Source of the DNA: Amphiscolops sp. MND2022
Lineage: Eukaryota
Direction of reading: 5' to 3'
DNA: 64,000 nucleotides
Assembly: GCA_964187785.1 (NCBI GenBank)
Contig: OZ076409.1
Span: forward strand, 64,046,001-64,110,000
Below are positions 44,868-57,096 of this stretch, one piece after another. The first letter of the stretch is position 1. Each line of letters begins with the position of its first letter. The notes below the pieces were generated by a model, which saw only the letters and a program-made list of their open reading frames with translations, had not been told where the DNA came from and ran no database searches. The position numbers were made by a program, and so were the translations under genes.

Positions 44868-46552
44868 CAGAGTTGGCTGAAAAAAGACATGGCTTGTTTA
44901 ATACATGTTTTAAACAGTGTTTAAAACACATGTATTTTTTCAATGCATTTTTTCAAATGTATTTTTTCAAAAAACTGACTTGTCGTTCTTTAATCCTTAC
45001 ATGTCACTGGTGCTATGATATGCGGTTTATGTTTACCAACTGGCTAAAGTAGCAAGTTTTATTTGCATTTCAGATAGATTTGTAAACATGAGCGGGGGAG
45101 CGAGAGACAATACAGGTCGTAAAAGGGATGCCATATGGAGCGAATTCACACTGATAGCCCCAAACAGAGTAAAATGCAGACATTGCAGCTATGAATGCGC
45201 TCCAATTGTTCAACGTATGCAAAAGCACTTCAAGGAAAAACATGAGAATGCAACTGTCAAGGTCCCGTCGGTATCTAAAGAAGCCGGAACCCAGCCATCC
45301 ATGGACAACCACATTGTGAAGACAAGCAAAGAAATGGCTGCTTCACTGGACTATGCAGTTGGTCGATTTTTCTTCTCGGCAAACGTGCAATTCTCAGCTG
45401 CCGAAAACTATCATTTCAAGGTAAAACACTTCAAGGTATATCATGGCACCGGGGGAAAAGGAGAAAAGTACTTCAGAATGCCTTTATTGGCGAAAGATCT
45501 AAATCCAGATTTGCTAATGAAACGACTCGTGACTATTGCAAAGTTCTTTAAATACAGCCAACTCCCGAGATCATGGCTCGTAGAGATTCCAGGTTCCACA
45601 AAGCCACCAATTCCTTGTGACGTTCGCTGGAATAGCAATTTGAGCTGTATGGAATGGTATCTCAAAAACTGGCAATTTCTAAGAGGAATTGTAGCGAGGG
45701 AGTACTTTAACAAACCTGCATCTCATGTCGATATTCGCAAGGCAGTGAGTGATATTGCATTTTTTCAGCAGATTGAGGAATGTGAACGCTTTTTTAAGCC
45801 ACTGTCTGTAGCCCTTGACAAACTTCAATGTGACAATTGTGGGGTAGCGGATGCTGTTGAGGCTTGGAAAAGTCTCCTGCAACATTATCGCACAGCTGAG
45901 TACCGAGATATTTTGCAAAAGGCCGAGGAAAGGTACAATATGTCAGTTCCTACAGACTGGCTTGCCGCGAATATTATGCATCCTGCCTTTTTGGGCCAGA
46001 ATTTGACACAACAGGAATGGAAAACCGCAAAAAAACTGGATAGCAACTACCTATCCTGACTCTCTTGGGGCTTTTATTAATTTCATTGGTGGTGAAAATG
46101 ATAAAATCAAGACCGAATACAGCTTGGTTCAAGGTAAAGAGAGACTCAAACTGCTTAATTTCATGAAAGCCCAGGCTGTATGTGGCAACTTAGACACTGA
46201 CCTCCTTCAACTGTCTCTTGTCCTCTTCTCTTTGGTTCCCAGCTCTGCAGGGATAGAAAGGATTTTCAGCACCATGGGCCACGTGCAGACTGATTTGCGT
46301 AACCGGCTCAACCCGGAGAAAGTGAAAAAACTCGCTTTCTGCAACCGACTTTTGGAAAAATAGTCAGACTGATTTATAACGATATGTTTTATCATCAATG
46401 ATTTGTAATCATTTTGTTTTTATCATCAATGATTTGTAATCATTTTGTTTTTTGTTTTTGAAAAAATACAATTTTGAAAAAATACATGTTTTAAACGTTT
46501 AAAACGTTTTAAACGTTTTTTTTCAAAAGTTTTGTATAAAACACCAACCCTG
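44868..46552 (+). mobile_element. Internally deleted hAT DNA transposon (1685 bp)
   Basis: TIRs CAGAGTTGG / CCAACCCTG, 8-bp TSD TGAACGAC (44860-44867, 46553-46560), subterminal tttaaaac repeats, 31-bp duplication at ~46385-46450. Confidence 0.93.
45088..46363 (+). pseudogene. hAT transposase, deleted and frameshifted: BED finger plus insertion domain (45088-46059) and dimerisation domain (46124-46363)
   Basis: WSEF...KCRHC...MQKH...H (BED); CDVRWNS; VPSSAGIERIFS...RNRL. The catalytic core segment after the BED region is missing. Confidence 0.9.
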
Positions 46553-47149
46553 TGAACGACACTTCAATCAACTTTTTTTGTGTTCTTCCGTGCCCTTTGG
46601 TACAACAATAGCTCATCTAGCCTGGCCGGGTGTTTGTTTCCTAGTGTCAATCTTTTCCTAAATTGTAGTCGGGAAAGTCGGTCTTTCCGTATAAGCACTT
46701 CAGGAAACGGGTATAACTGGTGAATTTTTCATCGGTAACTGGAAATATACACCAAACTGGGGATCTTTGATATTGCTGTGGTTAGCCATATGCCTAATCC
46801 GATTCGTATTTTGATATTCGAATTGCGTTCACTATTTTGTCGACAATTTTGCTTCCAACTCCGTCACCTCAATTCCTCCGTGTTTAGCAATGGGGCCTTT
46901 CTTTCAAGATGATTTGATTCGGGAATCTAAAGCAAGTTTTATTCCCGTTTCGATAGGGATCATAGCCGGACTTACGAAACAACTTCTGTTAATTGTTGGC
47001 ATTTTTGGTATGACTGTTTTCTTTCAGTTCTTCTATTTCGCTAATGATGCCTGTAAGTGTAAAGGGATGGGTTGGCTAATTTTCGCATCGTTCAGTTGAA
47101 TAGCCACTTGGATACTTTCCATCATGTGATTTTTTTCAATAAAGTTTTT

Positions 47150-47210
47150 GAAATCCGGGTGAGGAGAAATCCGGGTTAGAAGAAATCCGGGTGAGGAAAA
47201 ATCAGGGTAC
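47150..47210. repeat. 16-bp minisatellite (~3.8 copies)
   Basis: gaaatccgggt(g/t)ag(g/a)a units. Confidence 0.85.
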
Positions 47211-47600
47211 TTTTAGTCAGCGTTTTCTAGTGTAAAGAGCCCGACTATTACACTGGCTAGTTTTTTTTGTCAGACCACAGAGCTAACTCTGTATGTACTT
47301 TTTAGTACAGACTTTAATCGCCTTAGGGGAAACCCAGCGGTCGCGGGCTCCAGTCCCTGCTCCAGCCAGAAACTTTTCGTGCATTTGCGAAACTGGACGA
47401 GACTGAAAGATCCCCCTTTCATTTTTTCCGGCACTCTGGGACTTTTTCTCCGAACAATTTTTTGTCTCCTGTGGAAACTTAAGCTTCTTGACGTTTTTAT
47501 TGAAACCGCATAGTTTTCGTGCGAAGCCCAGAATGTAGAAAGAACGATGTTTATCACGTTTCCAGACTAGCCAATTTAGTAAAAGCAGCTGAAAAGACGC
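47211..47600 (+). mobile_element. HINE-like element, copy E (5' part, truncated), containing a tRNA T-arm-like segment
   Basis: ttttagtcagcgttt...gagcccgactattaca 5' end; ggtcgcgggctccagtccc at ~47339-47357. Confidence 0.55.
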
Positions 47601-49299
47601 TACTTGCCGCAATTCAAATATGAAGTAGAATTGATGTCAACAATGTAATTGTATAATTGTAGGAATCAGTTAAGACAGAATCGATCTCTCAGAGCAAACT
47701 TTAACAAGTTTGTCTTTTGTACGAAAAGCTGCCGCATGTAAAAAAACATCACTTTTTTAAGAAGCACTTGTCCGATCGCGGTGAAATTTGGTCTTATCAT
47801 ATGCTAGAGCTGTTAACTCAACTTTTGACTCGGAGAATTCGACCTCGTATCTCCCCCAGGCTACTACCACCGGAATTGACGTAGGTCGACCCCCTACAGG
47901 TTCGTTAGCGAATGCGGTTTAAGTCATATAACAGGAAATTGATAGGCCACAGGATATTGAGCCGTTTGCGTATACTTTCGAAACCCTACGACGAGCGTAG
48001 GAGGAGCACGGACGCTATGTAAAAAAACCCTATGTAAACCGTCACGAGTCGACCCGAGGATCATGAAACTTCCCTAATATGTTCACCCACCAACCCTAAG
48101 TAACATACATGAAAGATACATTAATCAGTCCATGGCGCGCGGAGTATTGTTCGTTTAAAGCACACAGGACCGGACGCGATGACCCAGTAGGGAAAAAGGC
48201 ATTTGAACATGGAAAGTAAAACCTCAAATGAATAGCGATAACGAGTGTAGCTGATTACTAACGTGAATGAAACCGTATTTGTGACCTGTACGGGGGTAAC
48301 CGTCTCAGATAAACAAGCCATACGCATATCATGTAACTCGGGAACCCTCGACCCTGGGACCATATCACTTGGGATGTAGCAACTCTCGAAAAAAAACAAA
48401 CAGCCTGAAGGTCACGGTCGAACTTCAAGGAAATCTCAGGGAGTGACCCCTGAATATATGGAAAACAAATAATAAATGGAAAACTTCAGATTCGAAACAA
48501 CTCCACAGTAACATCAAAAAGATTGGGTAGCTTACCCGGGAGCGCCATTGTAAATAAAAAATCCAATGGGGGTTTGGGAAGAGTTTTATCTCCAATTGCG
48601 AGCTGAACAGAAAAAAGGTTGTTTTGGTGAGGTAGCCAATTCTTTTGTAGTTACTGTAAATTTCTCTCCAGTTGTTGTTCAATCGGCTCACGGCCATCAA
48701 CCCGTGAGAAACCAGTTTGCAATCTTGAAGATGAAGATGATAGCTATAAAACTGAGTTGAATACATTCACAAATTACTACCTACAACTCCCAATAAGAGG
48801 ATACCACCACAACCGAATCCGCGGTTCAGCCACGTACGTTAGGCACAATTCAATCTTGTTGTGAAGCTCCGACTTCAACCAAATCACAAGTCCCGGACTT
48901 GTCAGCAAATCTACTGAGCTAGCCACAACGCAATCTTGTCTCCGGGAGACTCCACTTGCTTCTAGCTTTAACTCGGTTGTGTCTATTCGGGAAATTCTTT
49001 AATTCCGCCTCAACTATATTTGTTCATCGTACGTGTTTCGGGTGATTACATCTTCACTTTATCATACTGGTTAGTTACCTTACATACAGGGCGTCGGCAT
49101 CTTGAGTTTGCACGTGTTTACCTTCATGTTCATCTATTCCATTTGTGGCATTGCGAACGCCACTAGTTTTACTTCGCTGAACATTCTTTGCCGCCAACGA
49201 CAAATAATTCAACATCCTTTCCGAGGTTGCATTGTTTCAGCACTGTAAGACTGGTTCAAAATTCTCATTTTTCGCCTGAAATGTTTTCTCAATACATAC

Positions 49300-49633
49300 T
49301 GTTGCCGTGCAAATAACAATTAGTTTTAATAGGAAATAGAAATCGTTTGAGAAAAATGTTTGCATGTCCAAAACATCTACTTTTTGTTCATACACGTTCT
49401 GAATAAACTTGAAAAAGGTCTTGCTATTCAGTGTATTAAAATCATCTGTTCACGTCAGTTAGTGAATTTGTTTCCGATTTACGATTGAGTCGAAATTGAA
49501 ACGGCGGGATTGAAAAACCCACTTTAATGTTGTTACTGTTCTTGTATAAAAGAATCTTGAACTCTCACTGTTTTCAAATTCTAACAGTAGAAATTCTTAC
49601 GAATTCTATAAAGCCGAAATATAGAATTTTACA
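49300..49633 (+). repeat. 5' LTR of the second BEL/Pao element
   Basis: Direct repeat of 55344-55677; followed by TGG PBS. Confidence 0.95.
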
Positions 49634-49645
49634 TGGTGGCCATAG

Positions 49646-49825
49646 AGAGGCCAACCCGTGACCCACCAAAGGCCCACCCTTGACCCATCAGAGGCCCACC
49701 CGTGACCCACCAAAGGCCAACCCGTGACCCACCGGAGGCCAACCCTGATCCCTGGAAGCCAACCCCTGTTCCCGGGACGCTAACCACCGACCCCTGGAAG
49801 TTGACCCATGACCCTTGAGGTTTAC
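49646..49825 (+). repeat. C-rich 22-bp tandem array directly after the PBS (4 good and ~4 decayed units)
   Basis: agaggccaacccgtgacccacc / aaaggcccacccttgacccatc / agaggcccacccgtgacccacc / aaaggccaacccgtgacccacc. Confidence 0.88.
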
Positions 49826-50142
49826 CTTTGGCTCCCGGAAGGTTTTGTTCCCAAAACAAACACTTGGAAACTTATTGATATTTGTATTTGTAAATGTGTG
49901 CTTCATTTTTGGGTAGCAAGACCTGAAAAAAAACATTGACAACTTTTGAGAAAAACATTTATTGCGCAAAAAAAGTCCAATAATCCCGATAAACAAAAAA
50001 AACAAGTGAAAATTGCTACCAAACAATTGAATGGTTCGAATTTTGGCATGCGAGAGGTACGGGGATTTTTGCACCAGTAGTACCAATCCAAAGTGGAGGA
50101 ACAACTTTTTATTGTAATCCTCTCGCGACAACAACCCCATCA

Positions 50143-53100
50143 ATGACCATCCCGATTCCACAGTGTACAACAGCCCCAGTGAGCGGCCCTTTTCCTACGT
50201 TTCCGACTACAGCTCAGTCAACTGTTCACCTTACTACGCCAACTGCAGTTACTGTACAAGATATTGCGCAACTACTGGCTGCTGCTAAAAAAGACCATCT
50301 TCCTGAATGGAAACTAGAGCATTATAACGGGGACCCACTGCAATGGCACGAGTGGATAGGTCAATTCAGAAGTGCTATTGACTCCGCACCACTCTCGAAT
50401 GATGTAAAGCTCACGTATTTGAAAACACTTGTAACTGGCAAGGCCAAGACAGCGATAGCTGAGTTTGCTTACTGTGGCACAATGTACCAAGATGCATTGA
50501 AAACTCTTGAACGAAAATTTGGCCAGCCACACGCTGTTGTAAGCGCTCACTTGGACAAACTAAGTGGCTTCCCACCGTTGAAAATGCACAACAGTGAGAA
50601 CGTGATTTCTTTCTCTGCAACGATTTCGGCGTTGGTAGGAGTTTTTCGCTCCTTGAAGTACGAACACGACTTGTCGAGTGCGGCACTTTTGGGCCAAGCA
50701 GTACAGAAACTTCCACCGAACTTGAAGGAAGCTTGGTCTATGCACACTGTCAAGAAAGATTGGAGCCGACCAACCTTCTTGGATTTTAACGAATGGTTAA
50801 AAGATAAGGCCGAGGCACACGAGAGGATGAAAGTCTCAGCCACAAAACTCAAGAACGATGAAAGCGCGCCATCCGTTACTCGAACAAAAACTGGTGCGAA
50901 AGTTTTTGCCTCTGCTGCTACTAGCGCATCTTCAAACGGAAACGGAACCAAGCCTAACCGAGTGCAACTAAACTGTATTGTGTGCAAAGACAACCATCCA
51001 CTATGGCGCTGTCGCGTGTTTCTTGATAAAACGCCGACCGACAGAGCAAAGATTGTTGCCGAAAACAAACTTTGTTTCTCTTGTCTGAAAGGAAACCATT
51101 CTTTCCGACAATGTCCGCAACCGCGCAAGTGCAACAAAGATGGATAAAGCAGCTCTCACAACACCCTGCTACATGGCGCAGAGAGAGTCTTTCAACCAAG
51201 AACGACACCGAAACCGTCCACTAACCAAGCAACTGGATCGCGTAGCCCCAGAACAACTGTGAATAAAGCAGGAGAAAGCTCCGGAGTTTGTTCCGTGAGC
51301 GATGTGAAAGGACTTCTTCAAATAACTGAAGTTGAAGTTCATACACCAACCGCCTCCGTCAAAGTTTTGGCCCTGTGCGACTCCGCCTGCAGTCACTCTT
51401 GGATCTCCGAAGATCTCGCAACCAAGTTGAACGTTAAAGGCTTACCGACCAAACTAACTGTTCACGGCATCAATTCGCAACAAGTTGTTGACACTCAAAT
51501 AGTTGAGCTTAAGTTGACGCCTGTTCATTCGGGTGGCTCTTGCTCTACTTTTGATGTCAAACCTTACGTCAGAAAAAACTTGCATGTTGGAAACGATGTC
51601 ATTGATGTTGACCAATTGAAACAACAGTACCCTCACTTGGAGCCCGTTGCTCTGAGCAAGTACAGCTACGGAGACGTCGAAATGATACTGGGTCAAGACG
51701 TGTTCCACTCAATCCGCCCGTTGGAGTATTTTGAAGCCGACCGGAAAAATACTCCAATTGCCGTCCGACTACCGTTGGGTTGGGTTTTGAGTGGACCTCT
51801 GCCTTCGACTTCGGGACTCGTCTCGACTTGCTTCAAAGCTGTCACGCAAAGTGAGAGTGACTCCAAGTTGGCCGATCAACTTCGGAGTTGGTATGAAATG
51901 GAGTCTTTCGCTGCAATGAAACAAGTAGACCCGCGCTCTGCTGCCGATGCTAGAGCGTCGAAACTTTTGCAAGAAACAACATATCATGACGGATGCCGAT
52001 ATCAGGTCGGTATGTTGTGGGCTGATGACGAGAGTAGTCTCCCCAACAACTACTTTTCAGCCTTAGTGCAATTGAAATCCCTTGAACGTCGACTCGAAAA
52101 ATCTCCTGAACTGAAAGCGAGTTACGCTCAGACCATTAAAGACGACTTCGAAAAGGGATACATCGTTCAAATCGACAAGTCAGACTGTTTTAGAATCGAC
52201 AACCCGCGTGAGTGGTACCTACCGCACCACCCAGTGTTTCACCCTCACAAGCCAGGAAAAGTACGCCGCGTGCTCAATGGTGCAGCGAAATTTCATGGTG
52301 TTTCACTGAACACCCAACTTTTAACTGGTCCTGACTTGTTGCAAACGTTAATCCATGTGCTCATGCGATTCCGACAACATCCCTACGCCGTATCCGCTGA
52401 CATCGAGGGAATGTTTTTACAAGTTGGTGTAATTCCTGAAGACCGACCGTCTCTTCGTTTTCTGTGGCGGGAGGACCCAGCAACAGACGTCGCTGTGTAC
52501 CAATACGTGCGTCACATTTTCGGTTCCAAGGATTCACCAACGTGTGCCAACTACGCTTTGCAACAGACTGCTCGTGACAACCGAATACAGTTCCTTGAAG
52601 CCGCCAACAGTGTCGAAAACCATTTTTACATGGATGATTATCTTGAGTCAAGCCCAACCGTCAACGAAGCAACCCAGAAAGCTCAAGACCTTGTTGAAAT
52701 GTTAGCGAAAGGTGGTTTCAAACTAACCAAGTTCGTCAGCAATGTACCAAGTTTAGTCAACCGCGTCGACCCGAAATCTCAACTGCCTACCGACTCGACC
52801 GAGAAAGTCTTAGCAACAGACGAAGAGACTTCTCACGTGTTGGGCTTAAAATGGAACCACAGTCGTGACACTTTGGTTGTCAGCCGAGGCACCACGCCTG
52901 ACCTGAACCGACCAATTACACAGCCCATTGTTCTTAGCTTAGTGTCCGCAGTGTATGATCCCATTGGTCTTGTCGCGCCATACACTGTAACTGCCCGCCT
53001 CTTGTTGAAAGACATTTGGCGCCTGAGCGGGCAACAATGGGACAACAACCTGCCTGACGACATTAGCGAAAAGTTTCTTGAATGGGCCGCAGAACTTCCC

Positions 53101-55239
53101 AAGTTGAGTGAGATAACAATTCCGAGATCCTACTTTCGCGGAACTATGGAAAGCGTCGAGTTACACGCATTTGGAGACAGTTCCCAAGATGCCTTTTCCG
53201 CTGTTGCTTTCCTCCGTGCGAGAGTGGACAGCAACGAAGGGACTGAAACCCAGTTAGCCTTTGTCTCTGGGAAAGCTCGTGTCGCTCCGATGAAAGCGCT
53301 AACAATACCGAAACTGGAACTCCAAGCTGCCCTCTTAGCAGCCCGACTTAAAGACGAAATCCAACTAGCGCTAACAGTACCGGTTGAAAGAACATTCATG
53401 TGGACCGATAGTACGACTGTTCTTCAATGGCTCCATTCCATCGACAAGAAACCCGTATTCGTCGCCAACAGAGTCGCCGAAATTCTTGAGTTGACGACGG
53501 TTGATGAATGGAACCACGTCCCAACAGCCGACAACCCGGCAGACGCAGGCACGCGCGGCCTGTCGGCGAACGGCCTGCTAGACAGTCCTTGGCTCAAAGG
53601 TCCGAAGTTCTTGATGACTCCTGATTGGCCTTTTCAGCCGTCAGAAGAAATCTTGAAAACTAAATTGAAGAACTTCGATTTCATTGAAGTCAACACCGAG
53701 CCAGTCTACCAAGAGACCACAGCAAATACCGCAAGTGTAGCTTCTAATGTTTTAACTCTCGAGTGGCAAAAGTACAGCTCGTACGAGAAACTTTTGCGCA
53801 TTGTTGCCTACATTTTGCGTATTTCACCGAAATTCTCTTGTAACAGAACTAAAACAAGAGCAATTACTGACCCCGTTGAACTCGAAAGTGCTGAGCAGAA
53901 ATTGTTCTTCTTGGTACAATCCGAATCGTTCCCGAATGAAACAAAAAATTTGCTCAAGTCTTGTCCATTGAGCAAACCTTCAATTATAAAAGATTTCTCC
54001 CCCTTCAACGGTCCAAACGGCCTTCTCCGTGCTCAAGGTCGAACAAAACATCTGGAAGTTGCCAACTTCGATGTCAAACACCCTATCTTGTTTGATAGTC
54101 GACACCCTGCAGTTCGACTGTTTCTGGAACATCTTCATGAGAAACATTACCATCAGGGCGTCGAATACTTGAGAGCCTTGATACAGCAGAAGTTTGCCAT
54201 TGTAAAATTGAGAACAACACGGAGGACTATCCAAACCAGATGCGTAACATGTCGCAAACGCAGAGCAGAGACGATGACCCCGATAATGGCCGATCTGCCA
54301 AAAGAACGCCTGGCGTTTGCATCGCGACCTTTCACAAACACTGGCTTAGACTACTTTGGCCCTTTCTACGTCTCTGTTAAACGCTCCACAGAGAAGCGGT
54401 GGGGATTTCTCTTCACATGCCTGACAACGCGCGCTGTCCATTTCGAAGTTGTGCCATCAATGGATACTAGCAGCTGTGTCATGGGAATTGAGAGGTTTGT
54501 TGCCCGTCGGGGCATCCCTTCTGTTATCTGGTCAGACAATGGGACGAATTTTGTTGCAACAGAGAAAGAATTACTCCAGAACGTTCTCAAGTGGAACCAT
54601 CAATGAATTGCCGAATCCATGGTAAAGAAAGGTGTCAACTGGAAGTTTAATCCTCCTAGTGCTCCACACCATGGCGGTGTCTGGGAAAGACTAGTGAGAA
54701 GTTTCAAGCATACTTTCTATGCGATACTCGGCAATAGACGTTTGACCGACGAGATACTAACAACTGTGTTTTGTCTTGTGGAGCAGAGCCTCAACGCTCG
54801 TCCGCTGGTTCCAGCAAGCGCAGATGCAACTGACTTGGATGTGTTAACGCCCAACCACTTCTTGCTTGGAACAGCTGGGTCATCGCTACCGTCCCATTCT
54901 AACTGTGATTTCGATCACCGCAAGCGATATGCACGAGCCCAAGCCTATTCTGATGCTATCTGGAACAGGTGGCTGAAAGAATACGTGCCAACTTTGAATC
55001 GTCGCTCAAAGTGGTCCTCACAGTCCGACAGGCAATTGAAAACAGGAGATCTCGTTTGGATCGTGGAACCCTCTAGCCCGAGAGGCTACTACCCTCTCGC
55101 GCGTGTCGTTAAACTCAACTTTGGCAGCGATGCCGTCGCCCGCTCTGCCGAAGTTAGAACCACGTCTGGAAACCTCGTTCGCCCAGTCGTGAAACTAGCC
55201 CCAGTCCTTCCTTCCCCCGATTTACCTGATTTATCGTAA
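50143..55239 (+). pseudogene. BEL/Pao gag-pol in one frame with two premature stops (TAA 51145-51147, TGA 54604-54606)
   Basis: ORFs 50143-51147, 51259-54606 and 54619-55239 share a frame; ALCDSACSHSW, YMDDYL, GDSSQDAF, GLDYFGP, SDNGTNF motifs; clearly homologous to the 27154-33333 protein. Confidence 0.95.
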
Positions 55240-55343
55240 TCCGTTTGTTTCTATTGAGCTGTTAAACCACATATTACTTCCTTAAAACATGTATCATCTA
55301 TTTTCGTTCAAAAGATATTCCTCATCTTCTTGGGGCCGGAGAA

Positions 55344-55677
55344 TGTTGCCGTGCAAATAACAATTAGTTTAAATAGGAAATAGAAATCGTTTGAGAAAAA
55401 TGTTTGCATGTCCAAAACATCTACTTTTTGTTCATACACGTTCTGAATAAACTTGAAAAAGGTCTTGCTATTCAGTGTATTAAAATCATCTGTTCACGTC
55501 AGTTAGTGAATTTGTTCCCGATTTACGATTGAGTCGAAATTGAAACGGCGGGATTGAAAAACCCACTTTAATGTTGTTACTGTTCTCGTATAAAAGAATC
55601 TTGAACTCTCACTGTTTTCAAATTCTAACAGTAGAAATTCTTACGAATTCTATAAAGCCGAAATATAGAATTTTACA
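55344..55677 (+). repeat. 3' LTR of the second BEL/Pao element
   Basis: Preceded by the PPT, followed by the CATAC TSD. Confidence 0.95.
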
Positions 55678-55904
55678 CATACCAACACCTAACTTTTTTC
55701 AATACTATCCGAACTTTTGACGTAATATCTGGAGTAAAGCGCTATATCCAATTTTTGACTTTACATTCGAGTTATATTGCATTTTACTAAGAAAAAAGGG
55801 GAGGTTCGAAGAGTTTTTCATGAAAACGTCGTACGTATATTCTCAAGACTTCACTCTTTGAGCCTTAAATTTAGCGCCGACTCTAGACATTCACGTCTTG
55901 TTTG

Positions 55905-56700
55905 TCATTAATTTCGAAGCAAATCCTACCAGTGCCCGTTTTGATTCCCAATTTTTTCCTGTAGTGCAGTCCGTAGATCTTTCAATGAGGGATAAAAACA
56001 TTGATGCGATTAGTTCAGCCGGGGAGTTACTTTATCGAACTCGCAGTTTTTCTCCGTTTGTAGAATGCTTGTCCAGAGGTCCTCCGCTGTTTCCTTCGGT
56101 TCCCTGGTTATACCGAAGAAGTCGGCCTTGCTATGGAATTTAGTTTTTTCGGGTATGAAATTGAGTGTGAATAGTGCATACAATTGGTTTATCTTCATCT
56201 GGTTTTGGGTCGTTGTCTCACTGTTTTTGTCATTTCTGTTACTGCAGCTTCACCCAATGCCCAAATGAATATGTCTTTGATCTTTACTTCCATTTCGTCT
56301 CGAAATTTAGGTAATATTTCTTTGTCGGTTGTCATGTTGTTCAGGTCTCTATCTTGGGTCATTTCGACGTATTGTATAAACCTCCTCCACCATAGCTTCG
56401 CCTCTTGAATGGTCTTTTCGAAAATCGGTGATGTGATTTTCCTGATGGGGTTTGTTACTTCCTTTTCTTTCTGATTCTTGGCTAGAAAAACTTGGTCCCG
56501 TCGCCTCGTTCGTGATAATTATTGAACTATTTGAAGTCATTCTGACCGCGCCATGTTGTAATCTCAAAGATGATAGAAAGATAAGAGAGGGTAATACTGT
56601 ATTTGAACATTTCTCAATGGTATACTAATAGAATATGTTCGTTTAGCTAACATTGTTGTGGCAGGGACTTTAATATGATTACAGTGTTATGTAATTTAGT
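55905..56700 (-). mobile_element. Truncated Gypsy 5' end: LTR remnant (from 56554), PBS TGGCGCGGTC and degenerate gag
   Basis: Minus strand ...acaaca|tggcgcggtc at 56543-56559; FIPEKTKFHSKADFFGITREPKETAEDLW...EKNCEF resembles Gypsy gag. Confidence 0.6.
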
Positions 56701-56714
56701 CTGACCTCTAGACT

Positions 56715-57096
56715 CACTCCACACCTACGAAACCGGACGAGACCAAAGTGTCCCCCTTTCGATTTTTTCCGCACTGTGCGGCTTCCGATTTTTTTAATGT
56801 ATCAAAAGTGTCTCCCCTTCGAGTTTTTCCAATATTTTGCAACTGAATGTATGATAATGAATCCCAAAGGGTCCGGCATGCGACATTTTCCGAATGAAAA
56901 AATCCGAAGTTCTTGAAAAATGTTTTTCGCACTTGTGGAAAAAGTTGTTTCCGCGTCTTATCGAGCTTGGAAGGCACCCTTTGGGTTTCTCGAAACTGTT
57001 TTGTGAGCTTTATAAATACGTCCTGGGCATATTTTAAAAATTTTGCGCTTTTTGAGCCTTAGGTATAGCGCCGACTTTAGTCGTTCTCGTCTTGTT
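56715..57096 (+). mobile_element. HINE-like element, copy G (3' part)
   Basis: Interior similar to copies B and D; ends AGCGCCGACT ... cgtcttgtt. Confidence 0.65.

Larger units (their letters stand above)
44300..47100 (-). mobile_element. Heavily decayed Gypsy pol/integrase relic interrupted by the hAT element
   Basis: AIVVPKG motif just right of the hAT insertion (minus strand) and coding-like fragments on both flanks. Confidence 0.4.
49300..55677 (+). mobile_element. BEL/Pao LTR retrotransposon (6378 bp), recently inactivated
   Basis: 334-bp LTRs TGTT...TACA (49300-49633, 55344-55677; 3 differences by eye), CATAC TSD, PBS TGGTGGCC, PPT GGGGCCGGAGAA. Confidence 0.96.
49235..55902 (+). mobile_element. 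HINE-like element, copy F, split by the second BEL/Pao element (49235-49299 and 55683-55902)
   Basis: Left flank gcactgtaagactggttcaaaattctcatttt matches the interior of copy A; right flank continues to AGCGCCGACT, a hairpin remnant and cttgttt. Confidence 0.65.
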
